DNA from: an uncultured delta proteobacterium
Lineage (GTDB): Bacteria; Desulfobacterota; Binatia; Binatales; Binataceae
Direction of reading: 5' to 3'
Assembly: GCA_963842085.1 (NCBI GenBank)
Contig: CAWJET010000001.1
Coordinates: 1,376,001-1,440,000, forward strand
DNA: 64,000 nt
Under the pieces are notes generated by a model. The model worked only from the letters and a program-made list of their open reading frames with translations, made no database searches and was not told the origin of the DNA. Numbering within the stretch: the first letter of the stretch is position 1; every line of letters begins with the position of its first letter. Position numbers and translations under genes: made by a program. This document shows positions 49,408-59,436 of the stretch, piece by piece.

Positions 49408-52299
49408 CTACGCTCCCACCACCGCGCGGCATCTCGCATCCAACTGCTCGCCGCGGCCGTTCTCGAAGTACTTCCAGCATCGCGCGCACTTGACCCCCGA
49501 AGCGTGACGTCCGACCAGCGTGATTGCGGGATTCGCGGCGGCGCGCGCGAAGGCGCCATCGACGGCGAATGCCTCGCGATCGCCGGCTTGCCGCCTGATC
49601 TCGGCTGCCTGCGCATCGTCCATGATCGCCACCTCCGAGACGATGAACAAATCTTTCAGCGCTTCGCGATACTGCTTGAGCGTTTCGGCCAGTCCGCTCT
49701 CAGAGCCGCCGTTGACACCCAGGCTGATCGCGGCATCAAGCGGCGCGCCAATCGTCCCTGACTGGCGCATTGCCTCGAGCAGCTTGAGCGCTTCGTCGCG
49801 AACCTTGAGCAACCGCTCCCATCGCGCCTCCAGCTCCTGGTCGCGCCACGACGGATTCGCCGGATGCATCGTTGTCAGATGCACGCTCTCGAGCCGCTTT
49901 CCCGGGAGATACGCGTAAACTTCCTCGGCCGTAAACGGAATCAGCGGCGCGAGCATCCTGACCATCGTGTCGAGAATATTGAACAGCGCGGTCTGCGCCG
50001 AGCGCCGCTCGCGCGATTTTTCCGCCGAACAGTAGAGGCGGTCGCGCGCGACGTCGATATACAGCGAGCTCAAATCGACCACGATGAAATTCAGCATCAC
50101 CTGGAACGCGGTCTGGAATTCGAACGCTTCGTATGCACGGCGCACTTCGCTCTTGAGCTTCTCGGTGCGCGCCAGGATGAACCGATCGAACTCGAGCATG
50201 TCTTTCAATTCAACCGCATCGCGCGCCGGATCGAAGTCGGCCAGGTTGCCCAGCACGAAGCGGCAGGTGTTGCGAATCTTGCGATACGACTCCGACACTG
50301 CGCTGAAGATCGTCTGGCCGAGCGTGATGTCGGCCGTGTAGTCGAGCGACGCGTACACCAGCCGCAGCACGTCGGCGCCCATCCGTCCGACCGCATCAAC
50401 GGCGTCCTCCGAGTTGCCGAGCGACTTGGACATCTTGCGCCCTTTTTCGTCCACGGTCAGCCCGTGGCTGATCACACTCTTGAACGGCGCGGTGCCGCGC
50501 TCAGATACCGCGCAAACCAGCGACGAGCCGAACCATCCGCGCGCCTGCTCGACCGCCTCCAGGTACGCGTCCGCCGGCCACTTGAGTTCCGGGCGCGCGC
50601 CGAGCACGGCGGCTTGCGACGAGCCCGAATCGAACCACACGTCGAGGATGTCTTCTTCCCTGGTAAAAGCCGCGCTGCCGCACTTCGTGCACTTGAAGCC
50701 CGGCGCGACGAAGTCGGCAGCCGGCCGGCTGTACCACGCGTCGGACCCTTCGCGCGCGAAAATCTCCTCGGTGCGATCCAGCGTCGCGAGCAGCGGTGCA
50801 ACCTCGTTGCATTCGGCGCATCTGACGGCGGGAATCGGCACGCCCCACGCGCGCTGGCGCGAGATGCACCAGTCCGGGCGCGTCTCGGTCATGTTGCGGA
50901 TCCGGTCGCGCGACCATCCGGGGTACCACTTCACCTTATCGATCGCGTCGATCACCTTGGCGCGCAGTCCGTTATGGTCGATGCTCACGAACCATTGTTC
51001 AGTCGCGAGAAAAATCAGCGGATTGTGGCATCGCCAGCAATGCGGATAGCTGTGCGCGAAGCTTTGCGCATGCAGCAGCGCACCGGCCGCGCGGAGCCGC
51101 TCGACGATCGACTTGTTCGCCTTGAAGACATTCTGCCCCGCCCATTCTCCGCCGTCCGCCGTGAACACTCCGCCGCCATCGACGGGAGTGAATGGCGTCA
51201 GGCCGTACGCCTTGCCCACGACGAAATCCTCGTAGCCGTGGCCCGGCGCGGTGTGCACCAGGCCGGTACCGGTGTCGGCGGTGACGTGCTCGGCGTACAT
51301 CAGCTTGACGTCCCGCGGCAGGAACGGATGCCGAAAAATATCCTGGCCGTCGAGCGCCTTGAGCGACGCGCGGCTGAGCGCGATTCGTTTCTCGACTGCC
51401 AGGCCGCATTCCTTGGCGACGCTGTCCGCCAGTCGCGACGCCACCACGTAATAATGATCGCCAACCTTCAGCGCGACATAGTCGAACGTCTCGTTCAGTG
51501 AGATTCCGAGATTCGCGGGAATTGTCCACGGCGTCGTCGTCCAGATTACCGCCGAGAGTTTGCCGGCCTTGTGCGCGGCGGCCAGTTCGGCGCGGTCGTT
51601 GGCTTCGGCAGCCAGCGCGCCCGCGTCCTTGAGATTCGAGCTGAACGCAAACGCGACGTAAATCGAGGGCGACACGTGCTCGCGGTACTCGACCTCGGCT
51701 TCCGCCAGCGCCGAGCGGCAGTCGAAGCACCAATGCACCGGGCGCAGTCCGCGATAGACGTAGCCACTCTCGACCATCTTGCGCAGCACGCGGATTTCCG
51801 CCGCGTCGTACTGCGGCGCCATCGTGAGATACGGCTTGAACCAATCGCCGATACATCCCAGCCGCCGAAAGTCCGAGCGCTGCAAGTCGATCCACTTCTC
51901 CGCTTCGGCGCGGCACAGCTTGCGCAGCTCGAGCTTGGGCATCGTGCGCGCCCGGTCGCCGCCGAGTTCGCGCGAAACCTTGAGCTCGATCGGCATCCCG
52001 TGACAGTCCCATCCCGGCACGAACGGCGTCCGATATCCCATCATCGAGCGCGACCGCACCACGAAGTCTTTCAGAATTTTGTTGAGCGCAGTGCCGAGAT
52101 GCACGCGACCGTTGGCATACGGAGGTCCGTCGTGCAGCACCCAGGACTCGGCGTCCTTGCGGGCTTCCATCAGGCACGCGTAGACGTCGGTGTCGTCCCA
52201 ATGCTTGAGCATTTCCGGCTCCCGCTTGGGCAGATTCGCCTTCATCGGAAAGTCGGTCTTGGGAAGTTTCAGCGTCGATTTGTAATCGGTCTCAGCCAC
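49408..52299 (-). CDS. ileS: Isoleucine--tRNA ligase (type 1)
   Basis: HDGPPYANG..HLG, GWDCHG, WTTTPWT, WCISRQR.WG, KMSKSLGN. Confidence 0.98.
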   Translation of the reverse strand: MAETDYKSTLKLPKTDFPMKANLPKREPEMLKHWDDTDVYACLMEARKDAESWVLHDGPPYANGRVHLGTALNKILKDFVVRSRSMMGYRTPFVPGWDCHGMPIELKVSRELGGDRARTMPKLELRKLCRAEAEKWIDLQRSDFRRLGCIGDWFKPYLTMAPQYDAAEIRVLRKMVESGYVYRGLRPVHWCFDCRSALAEAEVEYREHVSPSIYVAFAFSSNLKDAGALAAEANDRAELAAAHKAGKLSAVIWTTTPWTIPANLGISLNETFDYVALKVGDHYYVVASRLADSVAKECGLAVEKRIALSRASLKALDGQDIFRHPFLPRDVKLMYAEHVTADTGTGLVHTAPGHGYEDFVVGKAYGLTPFTPVDGGGVFTADGGEWAGQNVFKANKSIVERLRAAGALLHAQSFAHSYPHCWRCHNPLIFLATEQWFVSIDHNGLRAKVIDAIDKVKWYPGWSRDRIRNMTETRPDWCISRQRAWGVPIPAVRCAECNEVAPLLATLDRTEEIFAREGSDAWYSRPAADFVAPGFKCTKCGSAAFTREEDILDVWFDSGSSQAAVLGARPELKWPADAYLEAVEQARGWFGSSLVCAVSERGTAPFKSVISHGLTVDEKGRKMSKSLGNSEDAVDAVGRMGADVLRLVYASLDYTADITLGQTIFSAVSESYRKIRNTCRFVLGNLADFDPARDAVELKDMLEFDRFILARTEKLKSEVRRAYEAFEFQTAFQVMLNFIVVDLSSLYIDVARDRLYCSAEKSRERRSAQTALFNILDTMVRMLAPLIPFTAEEVYAYLPGKRLESVHLTTMHPANPSWRDQELEARWERLLKVRDEALKLLEAMRQSGTIGAPLDAAISLGVNGGSESGLAETLKQYREALKDLFIVSEVAIMDDAQAAEIRRQAGDREAFAVDGAFARAAANPAITLVGRHASGVKCARCWKYFENGRGEQLDARCRAVVGA

Positions 52300-52422
52300 T
52301 GGTCATTCTCGGGAATTGGATCTGCGTCCGATCAGATTAACTTACGCAGCGTTGCTTCGCGAGTATCGAGCGCTCAATTCGCCGTCTCCAGGCAACCTGC
52401 GTTAGGGCTCAGGCTGTGTTAC

Positions 52423-52986
52423 ATGGAAAATATGAAGAATCCCGTCAAGAGACCGCCCTTCATCATTGCCGCCGCGTCATGTCCTGAGACGCGCCACCAG
52501 TATCCTAACAGCGACGAATGCACCGGTTATCAACGGAGCATCGGGAGAGCTGCGGGACTGCTGAAGATTGGCGTGAACGTGATGCGGCTGCCGCCTGGAG
52601 AGCGAAGTTCCTGGCCTCATGCCGAGGAGAACGAAGAGGAGTTCGTATACGTTCTTGAGGGCGAGGTTGACGCTTGGATAGATGGCTTTCTTCACGCGAT
52701 GCGGCCCGGTGACTTTGCGGCCTTTCCCGCAAAGACCGGCATCTGCCATTGCTTCATAAACAACAGCGATAATGAGGTCCTGCTGCTTGTGGGAGGAGAG
52801 GCTTCAAGGCGCGACAATCGCATCTACTATCCGCTCAATCCTCAACGCCGCAATGACTTGCCATGGAGCGAATGGTGGGAGGACGTTCCAAAGCACCGCT
52901 TGGGACCGCATGACGGGATGCCCGACGCGCTTCGATGCCGCTCCGCCAATCGAGTGTCTCGGATACGCGCTCAACGCCGGAGCTGA
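52423..52986 (+). CDS. Cupin domain protein
   Basis: LPPGERSSWPHAE...EEFVYVLEG, PGDFAAFPA.TG..H..IN. Confidence 0.88.
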   Translation: MENMKNPVKRPPFIIAAASCPETRHQYPNSDECTGYQRSIGRAAGLLKIGVNVMRLPPGERSSWPHAEENEEEFVYVLEGEVDAWIDGFLHAMRPGDFAAFPAKTGICHCFINNSDNEVLLLVGGEASRRDNRIYYPLNPQRRNDLPWSEWWEDVPKHRLGPHDGMPDALRCRSANRVSRIRAQRRS

Positions 52987-53117
52987 CGGAACTACTCGGC
53001 CATCGCCTGCGCAGCCGCGTTCGTCGCCAGCTGCCGTCCTCTCGTTCGTTTGAATCCGGCGGCCAGCCTTCATATCATCTCTCGCGCATCCACCAATCAC
53101 ACGCATAGAAAAAAATT

Positions 53118-53420
53118 ATGGGACTCAGAAAAGTAACTTTGTTCGATAAGGAAGGCACCACGCTCGTGCCCGTTGACGAGGACGGCCAGGCGAAACCCGC
53201 GGTGATGGGCGTGCGATGGGTCAATCCTGACACCTTTGAAACCATTCGCGTGCGCGGCGGCAAACGCACCGGACCGAAGAACGAAGTCCTGATGGAAATT
53301 CCCGCGACGCTCGACACCGGCGCGTTCGCAATCGAGGACTTGCCGCCGCCCAAGGTCAAGCAAGAGCTCGAGGAAATCGAAAAGCCTCCCAACGCGGGAA
53401 CTTCGGCGAAGAAATCATGA
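53118..53420 (+). CDS. Hypothetical small protein
   Basis: 100-aa ORF whose stop overlaps the start of the downstream CoA-transferase (ATGA). Confidence 0.65.
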   Translation: MGLRKVTLFDKEGTTLVPVDEDGQAKPAVMGVRWVNPDTFETIRVRGGKRTGPKNEVLMEIPATLDTGAFAIEDLPPPKVKQELEEIEKPPNAGTSAKKS

Positions 53421-54628
53421 CCCAGCCCGCCCCCGGCGCGCTCGCGGGTCTGAGCGTCCTCGACCTGAGCGGGCATCGCGCACAACTTTGCGCGCGGCTG
53501 CTCGCCGACATGGGCGCCGACGTCATCAAGATCGAGCCGCCCGCCGGCGACGACGCGCGCCGAGTCGGGCCGTTCCTCGACGATTTGCCGCATCGCGACC
53601 GCAGCCTCTTTTTCTGGTTCTATAATCTCAACAAGCGCTCGCTCACGCTTGACCTCAAGCATTCCCGCGGCGCCGACATTTTTCTGCAACTCGTTCGCAC
53701 CGCCGACGTCGTGATCGAGAGCTTCGCGCCCGGCACGCTCGACCGGCTCGGGCTTGGCTGGGATGTTCTTCATCGCGAAAACCCCGCGCTCGTGCTCTGC
53801 TCGATTGCGCCGTTCGGCCAAACCGGCCCCTATCGCGATTTCATCGCCGACGACACCGTGCTGGCGGCGCTCGGCGGGATGCTTTATGTCAACGGCTTCC
53901 CCAATCACGCTCCCGTCCGCCCGCTCGGCTTGCAGGCTTATCACTCGTCGGCATACTTCGGTGCGATCGCCATCATGCTCGCGCTGCTTGCACGCGATAG
54001 CACCGCCGAAGGCCAGTGGATCGATCTCAGCATGCAAGAGGCGACCGCCGCGGCCGTCGAGCACGTCGCCGGCGGATACTTCGAACGCAACGAGGCCGAG
54101 CCGCGCCGCGGCACTTTGCATTGGAGCCGTTTTTTTCGCGTTGGCAAATGCCGCGACGGTTACATCATGCATTGCACGCTCGGCGACTGGACCTCGCTCA
54201 TCGAATGGGTCAAGTCCGATGGCAGGGCGGCCGACCTCGACGACCCCAATTACCAGCAGCCGATGTATCGCTACCTGATGGCCGAGCATGTCTTTGACGT
54301 TCTCGACGATTGGGTCAAGGATTATCCGCGCGACGAGCTGCTCGAGCGCACGCAGCTTCTGCGCCAGCCGTACGCAACCGTCCGCCCGCCCGAGGCGCTG
54401 TTCGACGACGCGCAGCTCATCGAGCGCGGCTTCTTCGTCGAGGTCGAGCATCCCGAGCTTGGCCGCAAGTTCCGCTACCCGGGCGCGCCGTATCTTTTCA
54501 ATCGCACGCCGTGGCGCGTCACGCGGCGCCCGCCGCTCGTGGGCGAGCATACCGGCGAGATTTTGCACGACGAGCTCGCGATGGCTCCTGAAGCGCTCGC
54601 GACGCTCTACGCCGAAGGAGTGATCTGA
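53417..54628 (+). CDS. Class III CoA-transferase, apparently lacking the catalytic Asp (BbsE-like)
   Basis: LADMGADVIKIEPP.GD, NLNKRS, PFGQTGPY; QAYH at the Asp position. Confidence 0.92.
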   Translation: MTQPAPGALAGLSVLDLSGHRAQLCARLLADMGADVIKIEPPAGDDARRVGPFLDDLPHRDRSLFFWFYNLNKRSLTLDLKHSRGADIFLQLVRTADVVIESFAPGTLDRLGLGWDVLHRENPALVLCSIAPFGQTGPYRDFIADDTVLAALGGMLYVNGFPNHAPVRPLGLQAYHSSAYFGAIAIMLALLARDSTAEGQWIDLSMQEATAAAVEHVAGGYFERNEAEPRRGTLHWSRFFRVGKCRDGYIMHCTLGDWTSLIEWVKSDGRAADLDDPNYQQPMYRYLMAEHVFDVLDDWVKDYPRDELLERTQLLRQPYATVRPPEALFDDAQLIERGFFVEVEHPELGRKFRYPGAPYLFNRTPWRVTRRPPLVGEHTGEILHDELAMAPEALATLYAEGVI

Positions 54629-54630
54629 CC

Positions 54631-55833
54631 GTGGCCGCGATGCCGCTGGACGGCGTGCGCATCCTCGACTTCACCTGGGTCGTCGCCGGCCCCGTCGCGA
54701 CGCGCATTCTGGGCGACCACGGCGCGCAGGTCGTCAAGGTCGAGCGCAAGAATCCTCCCCCGCTCGGCAATCGCAAGCTCGGCCTGCAATGCGACCTGCA
54801 TCGCGACAAACTCTCGGTCGCGCTCAACATGCAGCATCCGCGCGGCGTCGAACTCGCGCGGCGGCTGGCCGCCATGAGCGATATCGTGATGGACAATTTT
54901 TCCGCGCGTGTGATGCGCAGTTGGGGGATGGATTACCAGAGCCTCACCGCGGTCAAGCCCGACATCATCTGCATCAGCATGTCCGGCCTCGGCCACACCG
55001 GCCCGCTCTCCAGCTACGTCAGCTACGGCCCGACCCTGCAAGCGCTCACGGGCTACACGATGCTGATGGCGGAACCCGACGGCACGCCGGCCGGCTACGG
55101 CTACTCGTACGCCGACATGTGCGGGGGATATACCGGCGCCCTCGCGGCGCTGGTCGCATTGTGGCATCGACGCCGCACTGGCCGCGGCCAGTTCGTCGAT
55201 CTGTCGCAGTTCGAGGCGGTCGCCGCAGTGATCGGTCCCGCGCTGCTGGATATTTCAGTCAACGGCCGCACACAGTCGGCGCCCGGCTACAACTCCCAGG
55301 AAGGTCCGGCCGCGCCGCACGGCGTTTACAAATGCCGCCCGCTCGACGGCGACGATGATCGATGGGTCGCGATCAGCGTCGGCACCGGCCCCGAATGGCG
55401 CCGATTCCTCGTCGCGCTGGGCTCTCCGGAATGGGCGAGCGACCCAAAATTCCGCACGCTCTACATGCGGATGCAAAACAGCACCGAGCTCGACGCCAAC
55501 GTTTCACGATGGACCGCCGAGCACAGCGCCGAAGACGCGATGTCGATACTGCAACGCGCCGGTATCGCCGCCGGCGTCGTCGAAAACGGCATCGACCTCT
55601 GCGCGCGCGATCCTCAACTCAAAGAACGCGGCTTCTGGCCCGCCGTCTCGACCAAAAAAGGCGCGACGACGCATGTCACGGGAATCCCGTTCAAGCTTTC
55701 CGGCGGGTCGGGAAAAGTCAGCTCGATCGCGCCTGAAGTCGGCGAGGACTTCGACTACGTGCTGGGCGAGTTGCTGGCCTTAAGCAAAGCGGAGCGCGAC
55801 GAACTAGTCACCTCCGGCGCCGTCTGCCCCTAA
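54631..55833 (+). CDS. Class III CoA-transferase, catalytic Asp retained (BbsF-like)
   Basis: DFTWVVAGP, GAQVVKVE, DNFS, SYADMCGG, GRGQFVDLSQ. Confidence 0.93.
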   Translation: MAAMPLDGVRILDFTWVVAGPVATRILGDHGAQVVKVERKNPPPLGNRKLGLQCDLHRDKLSVALNMQHPRGVELARRLAAMSDIVMDNFSARVMRSWGMDYQSLTAVKPDIICISMSGLGHTGPLSSYVSYGPTLQALTGYTMLMAEPDGTPAGYGYSYADMCGGYTGALAALVALWHRRRTGRGQFVDLSQFEAVAAVIGPALLDISVNGRTQSAPGYNSQEGPAAPHGVYKCRPLDGDDDRWVAISVGTGPEWRRFLVALGSPEWASDPKFRTLYMRMQNSTELDANVSRWTAEHSAEDAMSILQRAGIAAGVVENGIDLCARDPQLKERGFWPAVSTKKGATTHVTGIPFKLSGGSGKVSSIAPEVGEDFDYVLGELLALSKAERDELVTSGAVCP

Positions 55834-55852
55834 CTGTCCCCGAATCTTGCGG

Positions 55853-56830
55853 CTACGCCGCGGCTTGCATTTGCGACAGCTCCGGCTTTGAGGTTGCCAG
55901 CGTGAGCACCGCGATATAGCCCGGCTGAATCTCCATCCGCGGTCCGTAGCCCTTCGCGAGCATGAGCTGATGCGCGCGCGGCAGGTTGTAGCACGGCACC
56001 GCCATCAGCAGGTGATGCTCGAGGTGATAGTTCACGAAATACGGCGCGATGAACGCGCGCTCGAGCCAATTCGCGTGCGTCGTGCGCGTGTTGCGGAGAG
56101 GGTCGTCGTTGTCGGTCACCATCGAATGCTCGGCGATGCTTCGAATGCGCACGATCAGCTCGTGGAACGTCATGAACGGAAACACCCATAGCGCAGGATA
56201 CAGCCACCAGTACCCCGCCACCGCGAGCACGCTGAAAATAATCGCGTTGGTGATGATCGCGCCGCGCAGCCGCTTCCATCCCATCGCGAGCCGCTGCGAT
56301 GCCGGCATATCCGCGCGCCCGAACGCGCGCCGAATCAGCGCCAGGCGCTGCTTGTAGGTCGTCTGCCCGGTGAGATCGCGAATGACCTTGCGCCGCATGC
56401 TGCTGCGCGTAATCGGAAACGGCGCCGACAGGCCAATGTCAGGATCGTTTTTCTGTTGGGTAAACCGATGGTGCCCGGCGACGTGATAAGGCCGATACGC
56501 GTACATGTCGCCGAGCAGCGGGTAGTCCGTCAGCCAGGTCCCGGCGAAATCGTTCACCTGCATGTTGTTGAACAGCAGGCCGTGCGCCGCATCATGCGAC
56601 AGAACGCCTAGCCCAAGCTGCCGTGCGCCGATTATCAGCGTCGCCGCGATGAACGTCAGCGGACTCGGCCACCACGCGAAAATCGCCATCGCGCCGAAGA
56701 TCACCGCCCACGCATGGAATATCATCCACGCCGCGCGCCACTCAGATTTGCGCTTGAGCGTCAGCAGTTCGTCGTCGGTGAAAACGCTACGCGCCTGGAA
56801 CATGATATCGTCCAATCTTCCCCTGCCCAT
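55853..56830 (-). CDS. Membrane fatty acid desaturase family protein
   Basis: His boxes HDAAH, HVAGHH, HLEHH; AEH. Confidence 0.9.
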   Translation of the reverse strand: MGRGRLDDIMFQARSVFTDDELLTLKRKSEWRAAWMIFHAWAVIFGAMAIFAWWPSPLTFIAATLIIGARQLGLGVLSHDAAHGLLFNNMQVNDFAGTWLTDYPLLGDMYAYRPYHVAGHHRFTQQKNDPDIGLSAPFPITRSSMRRKVIRDLTGQTTYKQRLALIRRAFGRADMPASQRLAMGWKRLRGAIITNAIIFSVLAVAGYWWLYPALWVFPFMTFHELIVRIRSIAEHSMVTDNDDPLRNTRTTHANWLERAFIAPYFVNYHLEHHLLMAVPCYNLPRAHQLMLAKGYGPRMEIQPGYIAVLTLATSKPELSQMQAAA

Positions 56831-56883
56831 AGCGGGCTGGAATTATCAGGTTCGGTCCGTCACGGGATTCTATGTAACAAGAA

Positions 56884-57711
56884 ATGGCAACGATTGCAAA
56901 TCCTCGTTATGTGCCGCGCCACTTGACCGCCAGGGAGCTGGTGCTCGACTTCCTCTCGAACCGCTACCCGCGCGAGATGTCGGCGCAGGAAATTCTAGGG
57001 GTCGGCGGTGCGTTGGGTTTCTCCGAGCAGAGCCTGCGGATGGCGCTGACGCGGCTGGTCGAGGGTGCGGTCGCCGCCAACCCCGGCCGCGGCCGCTATC
57101 GACTGAGTCCGTCAGGCGAGGCGATGCGCGATGAAGTGCGCAAGTGGCGGCACCTTGGCGAGCTGGCCAAGCCGTGGTCCGGCGCGTGGATAGGAGTGTT
57201 CGACGGCAGCGTCCCGCGCAGCGATCGCGCCGCGCTACGCCGTCACGAACGTGCGATGCGCCTGCGCGGTTTTCGCGAACTCCAAAGCGGTCTCTGGCTT
57301 CGGCCCGCCAATCTGCACGGCTCCGTCGCCGAACTGCGCGATCACCTGCGCGCGCTGGGCCTTCATCCCGCGGCGCTGGCCGTCGGCTTGCACGATCTCG
57401 ACGACGATGCGCGCGCGAAGGCCACCAGCCTGTGGAACACCGCCACGATGCTCGCGACGTACCGTGCGCTTGCCGACGAATTGCTCGCGAGCAAAGGCAG
57501 GCTCGAGCGGCTGCCGCTGGATACCGCCGCGGCAGAATCCATGGTGCTCGGCCGCGATGTCATCCGGCACATCAATCTCGACCCGGTGCTGCCCGAAGAG
57601 CTGATGCCGCAGCGGGCGCTCATAAATTTGATCGGCGTAATGACCGGCTACGATCAACGGGCCCGCCAAATCTGGCGCCGCTTTATCCGCGCGCACGCCC
57701 CGCGCGACTGA
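56884..57711 (+). CDS. PaaX-family transcriptional regulator
   Basis: wHTH with RMALTRL; WSGAW; LRGF; GLWLRP; DP.LPEEL.P. Confidence 0.88.
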   Translation: MATIANPRYVPRHLTARELVLDFLSNRYPREMSAQEILGVGGALGFSEQSLRMALTRLVEGAVAANPGRGRYRLSPSGEAMRDEVRKWRHLGELAKPWSGAWIGVFDGSVPRSDRAALRRHERAMRLRGFRELQSGLWLRPANLHGSVAELRDHLRALGLHPAALAVGLHDLDDDARAKATSLWNTATMLATYRALADELLASKGRLERLPLDTAAAESMVLGRDVIRHINLDPVLPEELMPQRALINLIGVMTGYDQRARQIWRRFIRAHAPRD

Positions 57712-57839
57712 CCGTCTCCCATCTTCCTGTTACCCAAGTAACAATGTCCCCCCAGGTAGCACGCATCGCTCGCCGCCCCTGGTTGCGCTAGTGTCAGCTA
57801 CACTGGCAGTTAACAGTGAAAAGTCAGTGAGGGCGATTC

Positions 57840-59372
57840 TTGCACGCAAGCGTAATATCGAGCGCGCTGGTCGGCGTTGACGCGTTCCCGGTCGAAGTCG
57901 AAATCGACATCGGCGCCGGGATGCCGCCGCATCGTCTCGTCGGCCTGGCCGAGGGCGCGGTCAAGGAGGCGCTCGATCGCGTCAAGTCCGCGCTCAAAAA
58001 TTCCGGCTTCGAGTTCCCCACGCGCAAGATGACCATCAACCTCGCGCCGGCCGACACGCGCAAGGAAGGTTCGGCGTTCGATCTTCCACTCGCGCTAGGA
58101 ATTCTCGCCGCGCAAAACGTGTTGAAAGATCGCGAGCGTCTGCGCGCCTACCTCGTGCTCGGCGAGCTCGCGCTCGACGGGCGCATCAAGGGCATCAAGG
58201 GCGCGCTGCCTACCGCATTGCTCGCACGCTCGTCGCGGTTCGCGGGGGTGATGCTCCCGCGCGAGAATGCCTCGGAGGCATCGGTCGTCGGCGAGGGCAC
58301 GGCAGTGCTCGGGGTCGAGAGCCTGCGCGAGGCGTTCGAATTCTTCGAGGGTCTGCGCCCGCTCCAGGCCGCGCCCGCCGATCTCGCTGCCGCGTTCGGC
58401 AGCGCAAACATTTACGATGTCGATTTCAGCGAAGTGAAAGGCCAGGAGCAGGCCAAGCGCGCGCTCGAGGTCGCCGCCGCCGGCGGTCACAACGTCCTGA
58501 TGATTGGCCCGCCCGGCTCGGGCAAGACGATGCTGGCCAAGCGCCTGCCCTCGATCCTGCCCGCGATGACCTTCGAGGAGGCGATCGAGACCACCAAGGT
58601 TCACTCCGTGATGGGCCTGCTCGACGGCCGCGCGCTGATCACCACGCGTCCCTTCCGCGCGCCGCATCACACCATCTCGGACGCCGGGCTAATCGGCGGC
58701 GGCTCGATCCCGCGTCCCGGCGAGGTCAGCCTCGCCCATCACGGCGTCCTGTTCCTCGACGAATTGCCCGAGTTCCGCAAGAACGTGCTCGAGGTCCTGC
58801 GCCAGCCGCTCGAGGACGCGCGCATCACCATCTCGCGCGTGATGGGCACGCTCACTTTTCCCGCCTCGGTGATGCTGGTCGCCGCGATGAACCCGTGTCC
58901 GTGCGGCTTCTACACCGACCCGCAGCACGAATGCTCCTGTTCGCCGATCGCGATTCAGCGCTATCGCTCGCGCATTTCGGGCCCGCTGCTCGATCGCATC
59001 GACATCCATATCGAGGTGCCCGCAGTGAAGTACAAGGACCTGACTGATCGGGTCGCGCGAGAGCCGTCGATTGCGATTCGCGAGCGGGTCAATCGCGCGC
59101 GCGAGGCGCAACTCGTTCGCTTCGCCGGGATGCCGTTTTTCTGCAACGCACAGATGCGCGCGAGCGACCTTCGCCTCCATTGCCAGATCGAGTCCGGCGG
59201 CGAGCGCCTGCTCGAGCTTGCCATCAATCGCCTCGGCTTGAGCGCGCGCGCCTACACGCGCATCCTCAAAGTCTCGCGCACGATCGCCGACCTCGACGGC
59301 GCCGCCGCGATTGCCGCGCACCATGTCAGCGAGGCGATTCAATATCGCTCGCTCGACCGCACCGCGCCTTAG
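57840..59372 (+). CDS. comM: YifB/ComM family Mg-chelatase-like AAA+ ATPase
   Basis: [54 protein letters not shown]. Confidence 0.95.
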   Translation: MHASVISSALVGVDAFPVEVEIDIGAGMPPHRLVGLAEGAVKEALDRVKSALKNSGFEFPTRKMTINLAPADTRKEGSAFDLPLALGILAAQNVLKDRERLRAYLVLGELALDGRIKGIKGALPTALLARSSRFAGVMLPRENASEASVVGEGTAVLGVESLREAFEFFEGLRPLQAAPADLAAAFGSANIYDVDFSEVKGQEQAKRALEVAAAGGHNVLMIGPPGSGKTMLAKRLPSILPAMTFEEAIETTKVHSVMGLLDGRALITTRPFRAPHHTISDAGLIGGGSIPRPGEVSLAHHGVLFLDELPEFRKNVLEVLRQPLEDARITISRVMGTLTFPASVMLVAAMNPCPCGFYTDPQHECSCSPIAIQRYRSRISGPLLDRIDIHIEVPAVKYKDLTDRVAREPSIAIRERVNRAREAQLVRFAGMPFFCNAQMRASDLRLHCQIESGGERLLELAINRLGLSARAYTRILKVSRTIADLDGAAAIAAHHVSEAIQYRSLDRTAP

Positions 59373-59381
59373 CCAAACGAA

Positions 59382-59411
59382 GCGGGCGGCTCGAATGATC
59401 GAGCCGCCCGC
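59382..59411. terminator. Terminator hairpin between convergent genes
   Basis: Perfect 13-bp stem GCGGGCGGCTCGA-ATGA-TCGAGCCGCCCGC; T-rich tail on the minus strand. Confidence 0.8.
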
Positions 59412-59436
59412 CTGCGCATCTCCGGTTCTTTAAGTG

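Noticed and set aside
49864-51501. Long alternative ORFs (e.g. 545 aa here; also 37809-39584, 25543-27084, 11083-12348, 53075-54568)
   Set aside because: Antisense or off-frame shadows of well-supported genes (ileS, rsmB, ppdK and others), expected in high-GC DNA; no recognisable motifs
51571-52422. N-terminal extension of the cupin ORF (471 aa in the track)
   Set aside because: Overlaps ileS antisense; the cupin most plausibly starts at ATG 52423 or 52432
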